A stretch of DNA of 64,000 nt. Origin: an uncultured Methanosarcinales archaeon. Its GTDB lineage: Archaea > Nanobdellota > Nanobdellia > Woesearchaeales > 21-14-0-10-32-9. Shown piece by piece: positions 1 through 7,718 of the stretch (positions within the stretch are counted from its first letter, which is position 1; each line of letters opens with the position of its first letter). The notes beneath the pieces are model-generated. The model ran no database searches. It worked only from the letters and a program-made list of their open reading frames with translations, and had not been told where the DNA came from. The stretch spans positions 49,187-113,186 of the forward strand of contig CAZCTY010000001.1 of the NCBI GenBank assembly GCA_964501945.1, read 5' to 3'. A program made the translations under genes and the position numbers.

Positions 1-642
1 TTATCAAAAAAATACTTAAAAGACCCAGAAAGTGTGAAAGTGAGAAACCAAGTCGACCCAAAACTACTAACACAAGTATACTACGATGTTAGACGAGGAG
101 AAAAGTTATCATTACTAATACATTTAATCAAAAAAGAAACATCACAAAAAATAATGATTTTCTGCAACACAAGAGTGAACGCTGACTTAGTACAACAAAA
201 CCTGCAAAAAAACAATATAAAAGCATCAGCACTGCACGGAGGTTTTACACAAGCAAGCAGAACTAAAGTTATAGAAAAATTCAAAGAAGGAAAATCTAAA
301 GTGCTTGTATGCTCAGATGTCGCAGCTAGAGGAATACACGTAGATGATGTAACACACATATATAACTATGATATACCAAAAGATCCAAACGACTACGTGC
401 ACAGAATAGGAAGAACAGCAAGAGCAGGAAGCGAAGGCCTAGTAATAAATGTTTTATCAGATTTCGACCACCAAAACTTTTCAAGAATACTGCAAAATTA
501 CGATTTTGACATAACAAAAGCAGAAAAACCAAAAGATATGAAAAGAATAAAGTTCGATGCGCCAAGAAGAGATAACAGACAAAACAACAACAAACCACGA
601 GGCAATTTTAGAACAAAAAAAAGGTTTCCGAAAAGAAGATAA
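1..642 (+). CDS. DEAD-box RNA helicase, C-terminal part (5'-truncated by window edge)
   Basis: Helicase motifs IFCNT (IV), LHGG, SDVAARGIHV (V), YVHRIGRTARAG (VI); basic tail; frame is open from position 1. Confidence 0.93.
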   Translation, partial: LSKKYLKDPESVKVRNQVDPKLLTQVYYDVRRGEKLSLLIHLIKKETSQKIMIFCNTRVNADLVQQNLQKNNIKASALHGGFTQASRTKVIEKFKEGKSKVLVCSDVAARGIHVDDVTHIYNYDIPKDPNDYVHRIGRTARAGSEGLVINVLSDFDHQNFSRILQNYDFDITKAEKPKDMKRIKFDAPRRDNRQNNNKPRGNFRTKKRFPKRR

Positions 643-677
643 AAAATAAAAAGAAATCACCACTTCTAAATTAAAAA

Positions 678-2174
678 ATGAGTGATGAAACAAGGAATCT
701 AAAAAACAAAATAGAAGAGCTTGAAAGAGAATTAAAACTAAAAAACATGGCGCTAGAGAACTCGCCAAGCCTTGTATTTGTTACAGATGAAGAAAATAAA
801 ATACTTGCAGCATACGGAACAAAAGAAGAACTTTTAGTACCGGAAGACGAAGTAATAAATAAAAAATTCTCACAATTTTTACCAAAACACGCAGCTACAG
901 ATGTTAGTAGAGCGATAGACAGAGCAAAGAGAACAAAAAAAGTCGCAAGAGCAGAATACGAACTAGATGTAAACGGAACATCAAAACACTACAGCATACG
1001 AGTAAATCAAGGAAGCGATGAAGAACACTACGTACACGTTGTAAATGATATAACAGCAAAAAAAATAGCACAAGAAGAATTAAAAAGAAGCGAACAACAA
1101 TTCAAAACATTATTTGAAACAACACCGGTCGGAATAATAGTCCACGATAAAGATACAGGAGATATAATATCAGCGAATCCAGCAGGGATGAAACTCTACG
1201 GATACGAATCAACAGAAGAATTTAAGAAAAAAGATATGTGGCTCGACGGAGAATATTCTTTTGAAGAAGCACTCAAAAAAATCCAAAAAACAACAAGAGA
1301 AGGACCGCAAAGATTTGAATGGAAAAACAGAAAAAAAACAGGCGAAATATTTTGGGAAGATGTATACTTGAATGTAGCAACCATCGATGGAGAGGAGAGA
1401 GTGCTAGCATCATCAATAGAAATTACAGAAAAAAAAGAATTAGAAAATGAACGAAAGAAAAATTATAAAGAACTAAAAGATGCAAACGAGACAAAAGAAA
1501 AAATGTTTTCAATAATAGGACACGACCTAAAAAGCCCATTTAATACAATATTAGGATTCACACAAATACTAAAAGAAGAATACGAAGATTTAACAGAGAA
1601 GGAGAGAAAAGAATTTATAAATATTGCATATGATTCATCAAAAAAAGCATACGGATTATTAGAACAATTACTAGAATGGTCTCTTGCAAGCCAAAGAGAG
1701 CAAAACTATAATCCACAACCACTAGACATAAGAACAATAATAAATGAAGTATACGAATTAAACGCGAGTTACATACAACAAAATGAAATAAGCTTCTCAA
1801 ATAAAATAAGACCAAACACATACATAGAAGCAGATAAAAACATGCTCTCAACAACATTTAGAAATTTGCTCTCAAACGCGATGAAATACACGCCAGAAAA
1901 CGGAAAAATAACAGTGGAAACACAAGAAAATGAAGATATGTACACAGTAAAAATAACAGACACAGGAACAGGAATGAGTGAGGAAATCAAAGATAGACTA
2001 CTACAAACAACAAAAACAAACCCAACAAAAGGACTTAGAGGAGAAATAGGAACAGGTCTTGGATTAGACCTTGCAAAAAGATTCATAAAAAAACACGAAG
2101 GAACCTTAAACCTTGACAGCGAAGAAGGAGCAGGAACAACATTTTATGTAACACTACCAAAAAAACAAAATTAA
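678..2174 (+). CDS. Cytoplasmic PAS-PAS sensor histidine kinase
   Basis: Two PAS-like segments, H-box GHDLKSPF, N-box NLLSNAMKYT, G1 DTGTGM, G2 GTGLGL; no TM helix. Confidence 0.92.
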   Translation: MSDETRNLKNKIEELERELKLKNMALENSPSLVFVTDEENKILAAYGTKEELLVPEDEVINKKFSQFLPKHAATDVSRAIDRAKRTKKVARAEYELDVNGTSKHYSIRVNQGSDEEHYVHVVNDITAKKIAQEELKRSEQQFKTLFETTPVGIIVHDKDTGDIISANPAGMKLYGYESTEEFKKKDMWLDGEYSFEEALKKIQKTTREGPQRFEWKNRKKTGEIFWEDVYLNVATIDGEERVLASSIEITEKKELENERKKNYKELKDANETKEKMFSIIGHDLKSPFNTILGFTQILKEEYEDLTEKERKEFINIAYDSSKKAYGLLEQLLEWSLASQREQNYNPQPLDIRTIINEVYELNASYIQQNEISFSNKIRPNTYIEADKNMLSTTFRNLLSNAMKYTPENGKITVETQENEDMYTVKITDTGTGMSEEIKDRLLQTTKTNPTKGLRGEIGTGLGLDLAKRFIKKHEGTLNLDSEEGAGTTFYVTLPKKQN

Positions 2175-2188
2175 AAAAATTAAAAAAA

Positions 2189-2785
2189 TTAATCGTCAGA
2201 AAAATCAGCAACAGAATACTTAAATTCGCCTTCTTTAACAATGCCTTTTTTCTCAGAGTAAAGCTTAGCTAACAAATAAAAAACCAAACCAAGACTTTTC
2301 TTACCTTTGTTATTACAAGGCACAACCAAATCTAAATTATTAGTCTGATTATTAGTATCACAAAGAGCAATAACAGGCAAACCAATCTTCAAAGCATCCT
2401 CAACAGCATTCTTATCAGGCCAAGAATCAGCAACTAAAATAACCTTAGCCTCGATGAAATTTTTCAAAGAAGGATTAGTTAAAACCCCAGGAGGATACCT
2501 GCCAGCAAAATGCTTAGAACCAGTAACCTCAGAGAAAAGCCTCACAGCCTTCCAACCAGTCTCCCTACGACAAACAACCAAGATTTCCTCAGGCTCATAA
2601 TTAGCAAGAAGATTAGCCGCGAGCCTAATACGCTCATCAATCCTTTGAACATTTAAAACACTAAGCCCATCCGGCCTCGTCTTATAAATAAAATTATCCA
2701 TGTATTTAGTCTTAAATTTAGTCCCAATATGAATACCAGACTTTAAGTACTCATCGTTTGGAATTAATAATGCTTCATCACTCAT
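2189..2785 (-). CDS. rps2: 30S ribosomal protein uS2 (archaeal type)
   Basis: GIHIGTK, GRYPPGVLTNP, PVIALCDTNN, PCNNKGKKSL motifs; ATG at 2785 with GGAGGAG RBS preferred over the track's upstream start. Confidence 0.96.
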   Translation of the reverse strand: MSDEALLIPNDEYLKSGIHIGTKFKTKYMDNFIYKTRPDGLSVLNVQRIDERIRLAANLLANYEPEEILVVCRRETGWKAVRLFSEVTGSKHFAGRYPPGVLTNPSLKNFIEAKVILVADSWPDKNAVEDALKIGLPVIALCDTNNQTNNLDLVVPCNNKGKKSLGLVFYLLAKLYSEKKGIVKEGEFKYSVADFSDD

Positions 2786-2797
2786 ATTTTCTCCTCC

Positions 2798-2880
2798 AAA
2801 ACTAACCTTTAAAAGAAATCCGCGAATATTTTTTACCTCACGCGGCATTCTCGAAACAAACAAGTCTCAAGGTCGGTTTT
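2798..2880 (-). promoter_or_regulatory. Candidate structured 5' leader of rps2
   Basis: Outer stem 2869-2880/2798-2809 encloses two hairpins (2851-2870; CCGCG/CGCGG 2820-2845); lies between TATA box and RBS. Confidence 0.5.
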
Positions 2881-2900
2881 AATAAGAAGAAATACAAATT

Positions 2901-2915
2901 TATTTATAAATCTTT
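2901..2915 (-). promoter_or_regulatory. BRE/TATA promoter of rps2
   Basis: Minus strand AAAGATTTATAAATA, about 25 nt upstream of the leader stem. Confidence 0.6.
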
Positions 2916-3041
2916 AGCCAAACACAAATTAACAAATACTCAGCAATAAAACAAAAAAACACGAAATAAAACACAATTCACAACTAATTTTTAGAAAAGT
3001 TTAAATATTTACAAGAAGGCATGATTTTTGGGTGGGTATAG

Positions 3042-4808
3042 TTGAATAAAAAACTCTTATTTTTAATAATAACAATATTTGCAATAACACTCTCATCATT
3101 TGCAATGGGAGCAGAACAAGTAATAGTGAACTCAGAAGATTGGCGAGATGTATATTCAGGACTTTTATATGCGAGCTTAGAAAATAAACAAGGACACTTT
3201 CTAACAAGCACACCTCACTCAAGAATAATTCTAGGAGGCATACCTACAGCATCAGAGAGCGTAGAAATTTTCAGCTCCAGAGCAAATCCATTCGTATCAA
3301 ATTACGAAGGCATACTCGTTAGCGAAGGATACCAAAACGTAGAAGAGACACGAATGCGAAACGCGAATCTAGAAATACTAGAATTATTGCCAAATATAAA
3401 CAAATTCATAATAGTAGATGATTCATACGGATACAACGCGGTATCAGTAGCACCTCTCGCGGCGCTAGGAGACTATTATGTGTTATTCTCAAACCAAAAC
3501 AATGTAAATCAAATAGTAAATGCGTTAGGAGATAGAGAAGTAGAAGAACTAATAATATATGGGCATGTTGAGAGAAGTTTGAGAGAGGACTTAGAAGAAT
3601 ACGACCCAGAAATCATTAATACTGGAGATAGATTCGATAATAATATAGAAATAGTGGAAAAATACCAAGAAATATACACAGAAATAAACGGCCACCCAAG
3701 AAGACAAGCAATACTTACAAACGGAGAATTTTTAGAAATAAGCATAATGAATGGAGCGGATCCAGTTTTATTTATAGGATTTGCAAACGTCCCAGATCAC
3801 GTTAGAGAATACATTGCAGGAAGCGACCTCGAGGTAGGAACACTGATAGGAAACGAACTAATAGGAACAGCCACATATATTAGAAGACAAACAGGACTTA
3901 GCGTGTTCGTAAAATTCGGACAAGGAGCAAGAGTCCCTGAAGGAGCAATAGCACAAGTAGAAGATTTAGACAGATTCGCAATACCAAGATATGACTTAAA
4001 CCTGGCAATCGCAGTAGCAGTTGTAAACACAGCATCAGATTCTCTAGAAGTCACGTACAGAAATTTCGCACCAGTAGCCACGTATTTTAGACCAATAAGC
4101 ATAAGAGTAGTGGATGATAATGTATCAACGACAGTAGAAATACCAAGCACGGAACCAGAATTTATAGATGGAAACGACTTTAAAACAATGATATACCCAC
4201 TAGTTGATGGAGATGGTGAGAGAATAGATTTAACAGGAGAAGACAAAAGATTAGATTTGAGCGTTATATACGGAGAGTCACCTAGAGCATTAGAACAAAC
4301 ACTCGAGACATCAGTTTCTCTAACAGAAGTTTCTATAATAGATGGTACAGACATAGAAATAGTGGATGTCGCATTTAATCTAAGAACAAATTCTTTTGAG
4401 ATAGAAGTGAGAAATATAGGAACAACAGATGCATACGCAACTGCAGAAATACATGATTTAATAGTTGATGGAGAAACACTTATTTTCGGAACAGACCAAA
4501 CAATAAGGCTAAGCCCTGGAAGATCAGGAACAATAACAGTAGAGACAACAATGGAAGAGGAAGATGTACAATTTAATGAGAGAATAAGAGTTAAAGTACT
4601 ATATGGAGAGCGAGAAAACTCACTTATTAAAGTTAGAGAAGGAGTCTTCGATTTCAAATACACATCAACAGACATAATTGTATACGTGCTAATAATACTA
4701 ATAATCTTAGTAGTGCTACTGTTTGTATTTAAGAAGAAATGCAAACACTGCAAAGCAAATAACCCTCCATTTAGAAAAAAATGTAGGCGATGCAAGCATA
4801 GATTATAA
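3042..4808 (+). CDS. Secreted, C-terminally anchored surface protein; N-terminal half resembles cell-wall-binding-2-type repeats, followed by Ig-like domains and a cytoplasmic Cys4 zinc ribbon
   Basis: Signal peptide; DDSYGYNAVSVAPLAA and GDRFDNNIEI motifs; TM near C-terminus, then CKHC...CRRC. Confidence 0.7.
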   Translation: MNKKLLFLIITIFAITLSSFAMGAEQVIVNSEDWRDVYSGLLYASLENKQGHFLTSTPHSRIILGGIPTASESVEIFSSRANPFVSNYEGILVSEGYQNVEETRMRNANLEILELLPNINKFIIVDDSYGYNAVSVAPLAALGDYYVLFSNQNNVNQIVNALGDREVEELIIYGHVERSLREDLEEYDPEIINTGDRFDNNIEIVEKYQEIYTEINGHPRRQAILTNGEFLEISIMNGADPVLFIGFANVPDHVREYIAGSDLEVGTLIGNELIGTATYIRRQTGLSVFVKFGQGARVPEGAIAQVEDLDRFAIPRYDLNLAIAVAVVNTASDSLEVTYRNFAPVATYFRPISIRVVDDNVSTTVEIPSTEPEFIDGNDFKTMIYPLVDGDGERIDLTGEDKRLDLSVIYGESPRALEQTLETSVSLTEVSIIDGTDIEIVDVAFNLRTNSFEIEVRNIGTTDAYATAEIHDLIVDGETLIFGTDQTIRLSPGRSGTITVETTMEEEDVQFNERIRVKVLYGERENSLIKVREGVFDFKYTSTDIIVYVLIILIILVVLLFVFKKKCKHCKANNPPFRKKCRRCKHRL

Positions 4809-4827
4809 CTTTTTTTTATTTTTTTTT
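4809..4827 (+). terminator. Archaeal T-tract terminator
   Basis: Long T run immediately after the stop codon. Confidence 0.5.
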
Positions 4828-4912
4828 AAAATATTTCTAACACAAACATAAGTAAAAAAATAAGTAAATTTATAAGCAAACCTTTTTAAATAATTAAAAA
4901 CAAGTAACTACT

Positions 4913-5077
4913 GTGAACTTCAAAAGAAAGCTATATACAAGAGGAAATTCGTATGAGACAACAATTCCAAAACCACTACTATTTGAATTAAACCTAAACA
5001 AAAAACAAAACGTAATATTCAAATACGATTCTAAAAACAAAAAATGGTACATAGACTTTGAAGAATGCAAAAAATAA
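4913..5077 (+). CDS. Small AbrB/SpoVT-like DNA-binding protein (54 aa, not in ORF track)
   Basis: GTG start; MNFKRKLYTRGNSYETTIPKPLLFELNLNKKQNVIFKYDSKNKKWYIDFEECKK has the swapped-hairpin pattern GxSxxxTIPK; stop is 1 nt before the next ATG. Confidence 0.75.
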   Translation: MNFKRKLYTRGNSYETTIPKPLLFELNLNKKQNVIFKYDSKNKKWYIDFEECKK

Positions 5078-5078
5078 A

Positions 5079-5759
5079 ATGGTAAAAACAAAAGTTATAA
5101 TAAGCGCAATAAGCATAATCATAGTATTACTAATAGGTATTATGTCTTTTTTTATACCCTCAAACATATCAGATATGATAACAGGAAAAACAACAGTCAC
5201 AAGAGCATTCATACACGAGTCATTACCAACAAATTGCACAGTAGAACTAAAACAAGGAATAAACATGGTATCATTTCCATGCGAGACAGGTGAGAGGGGG
5301 TTTAAAGAAGCATTATCTGATAAAAACGGAACACAACTAACCTTTAATAGCGTATTCTTTTTTAGAGCAGAAGATAGAGAAACACCATGGCGGAGCTACA
5401 ACCCAAAACTTCCAAACTGGACAACACAACACAAACCAAACTCAATAGATAGAACAAGAGGATATTTTATTTACATGGAAGAGTCAGGAACATATGAGGC
5501 AGAAGGATTACAATTTCCAATCTCAAACATACAACTAAGAGAAGGATGGAACTTAGTAGGATATCCATCAAACACAACACTTAACACAGAAGACGCCATA
5601 GACTCAATAAAAAATGTTTTCGCATCAATACACACATACAAAGAAGGAGAATGGATGCACTATAAAAACAACACAGAAGGGGATCTAACACACATAGAAC
5701 CAGGACGCGCCTACTGGATACGCGTAAAAGAAGATGCGGTATGGAGGATAAATTGGTAA
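5079..5759 (+). CDS. Membrane-anchored protein with tandem L-x-x-G-[WI]-N-[LM]-V repeats
   Basis: N-terminal TM then ITG; LKQGINMVSFP and LREGWNLVGYP, ending EPGRAYWIRV; ATG at 5079. Confidence 0.75.
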   Translation: MVKTKVIISAISIIIVLLIGIMSFFIPSNISDMITGKTTVTRAFIHESLPTNCTVELKQGINMVSFPCETGERGFKEALSDKNGTQLTFNSVFFFRAEDRETPWRSYNPKLPNWTTQHKPNSIDRTRGYFIYMEESGTYEAEGLQFPISNIQLREGWNLVGYPSNTTLNTEDAIDSIKNVFASIHTYKEGEWMHYKNNTEGDLTHIEPGRAYWIRVKEDAVWRINW

Positions 5760-7408
5760 AGAAAAACTATGCAAAGACAACAATCTTAATAGCGCTAGCT
5801 CTTCTACTATTCTTACCACTAATACACGCACAACCAAAAGTACCCATGGAAATATACGGCGAGGCAAGACTATTTAATGCGCCAGTACCACAAGGAACAA
5901 CGATTCACGCATTAAACATGGATGGGGAACATTGCGGCAGATTCACAGTAACACATAGAGGATTTTTTGGAACAATGTCTTGCATGAGCGAGAACACAAC
6001 ACAAGAGATGGGTGGTGCGAGTCCGAACGAGATAATAAGATTTAGAATAGGAAACTTCCCCGCATCAACCCTACTAAACGGAACAGCCGAATCGATAGGA
6101 AATTTAAACTGGGAGAGCGGAACATTTGAGGAAGTGATTTTAGTTTCACCGCCACTTGTTTGCGGAGATGGTTTTTGCGACACATTCGAAAACTGCCATA
6201 CATGCCCAGAAGATTGCGGAGAATGCCCAGAAGGTGAAGGAGATGGAACAGGTGTAGATGACATAACCTCAGATCCAACACTAGGATTGCCAGAAGAACC
6301 GCCACTAAGACCAGAGCCTGAAACACAATACCCAGAAGAGGAGTGCATAGAATCTTGGACTTGCTCAGACTGGGGTCCTTGCCAACCAGAAGGAATACAA
6401 ACAAGAACATGCATAGATGAAAATGACTGCGGAACAGAAGATGATAAACCAGAAACAGAGAGAGAATGCGAATACCAAGAACCAGAAAACATAACAATAA
6501 CAGAACCAGAACCCACTCCGCCAAGAGTAGAGACGCCTATAAGCATAGAAAAATGCGAAGCAAGACTCCCTTTTTGGAGCATGGAATCACTCACGTTTTT
6601 TATACTATTTACGATGCTTATACTAGGACCGCTAGCATACCTAACACATAAAAAGAGAAAAATAAAAAAAGAAAAACTCAAAAAAACAGACGAGTTAATA
6701 AAAATATACAAACTAGAAAACAAAATATACACAGCTATAATAATAATCTCGGTACTATCAATAATAGTTTACCTATACCATTACTTTTTCTACCTCTGCC
6801 CAGAGGTATACTACAACAACTTGTGGCTATTATTGGGCTTTATTTTACTCTCGCCCATAATCATAAACGTACTAATACACATACTCAAATACTCAGAGAG
6901 AAAAAAATTAACCATGGTCAAGCTATTAAAAGACACACACTACAACCACCTAAAATATTTACTAACTCTAATAAACAAAGACCTAACAAAATCAGAAGTA
7001 GAAATATCAAATAAAATCTACGCACTAAATAACAAAAACGAATTTTCAGATGTAATATCGAAAACAAAAGAACTAAAAAAAATATACGGCGACTTGTTGA
7101 AAATTTACTCTTTGTACTCAGAGGGAAAAGACTCATTTAAAGTAGAAAAAGATCTAATAGAACAAATAGAAATACTGGATAAAGACGAACAATTTAACAA
7201 AGTCGCAGAAGAATACCCAGAACTAAAAGGACTAAAAGATAACATTTTATTACTATATGAGGCTGAAACATCAAAACAAGAACTACTCAAAAAAATAAAA
7301 GAAACAGAAAAACAAATAGATCAGGAAGGACTAAAAGAAGAGATAAAAGAAAAACCAGACGAGAGAGAAAACACAAAAGATAGCAAAAACAAGGAAGATA
7401 CGGACTAA
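5741..7408 (+). CDS. Surface membrane protein with Cys-rich repeats, three TM helices and a helical cytoplasmic tail
   Basis: Signal peptide ending HA-QP; CGDGFCDTFENCHTCPEDCGEC; thrombospondin-like WTCSDWGPC...QTRTC. Confidence 0.75.
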   Translation: MEDKLVKKNYAKTTILIALALLLFLPLIHAQPKVPMEIYGEARLFNAPVPQGTTIHALNMDGEHCGRFTVTHRGFFGTMSCMSENTTQEMGGASPNEIIRFRIGNFPASTLLNGTAESIGNLNWESGTFEEVILVSPPLVCGDGFCDTFENCHTCPEDCGECPEGEGDGTGVDDITSDPTLGLPEEPPLRPEPETQYPEEECIESWTCSDWGPCQPEGIQTRTCIDENDCGTEDDKPETERECEYQEPENITITEPEPTPPRVETPISIEKCEARLPFWSMESLTFFILFTMLILGPLAYLTHKKRKIKKEKLKKTDELIKIYKLENKIYTAIIIISVLSIIVYLYHYFFYLCPEVYYNNLWLLLGFILLSPIIINVLIHILKYSERKKLTMVKLLKDTHYNHLKYLLTLINKDLTKSEVEISNKIYALNNKNEFSDVISKTKELKKIYGDLLKIYSLYSEGKDSFKVEKDLIEQIEILDKDEQFNKVAEEYPELKGLKDNILLLYEAETSKQELLKKIKETEKQIDQEGLKEEIKEKPDERENTKDSKNKEDTD

Positions 7409-7462
7409 AAATTCAAATTTCTGAGGATTTAAACCGCCAAAAAACAAATATGAGTAATTAAA

Positions 7463-7484
7463 GTTATTTTGCTAGCAAAATAAC
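7463..7484. promoter_or_regulatory. Perfect 22-bp palindrome, putative operator
   Basis: GTTATTTTGCTAGCAAAATAAC upstream of TTTATATA (~7507-7514); degenerate copy at ~7488-7507. Confidence 0.6.
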
Positions 7485-7556
7485 AAAGTATTTTATTAGC
7501 GAAATATTTATATATCTTTATAGTAATTTGGTAACTAGGAAGAAAAAATAGAGAAG

Positions 7557-7718
7557 ATGAAAAAGCAACTAAACATAAGACTTAGCGAAGAAATACGCAC
7601 CCAAGCTAAAATAACTGCTATTCTAAAAGGACTAACATTAAACGAGTACATAGAGAGAGCTATAAAAAAAGAACTCGAAAAAGATCAAAAAATAAACAAT
7701 TCAAAAAACAAAAAATGA
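7557..7718 (+). CDS. Ribbon-helix-helix DNA-binding protein (53 aa, not in ORF track)
   Basis: MKKQLNIRLSEEIRTQAKITAILKGLTLNEYIERAIKKEL...; ATGA overlap with next gene. Confidence 0.82.
   Translation: MKKQLNIRLSEEIRTQAKITAILKGLTLNEYIERAIKKELEKDQKINNSKNKK

Noticed and set aside
2786..2863. 26-aa N-terminal extension of uS2 in the ORF track
   Set aside because: A strong RBS precedes ATG 2785; the region is better explained as untranslated leader
3797..4795. 332-aa antisense ORF, and many other 60-275 aa shadow ORFs across the window
   Set aside because: They overlap well-supported genes on the other strand or frame, have low-complexity composition, and are expected from the strong strand skew
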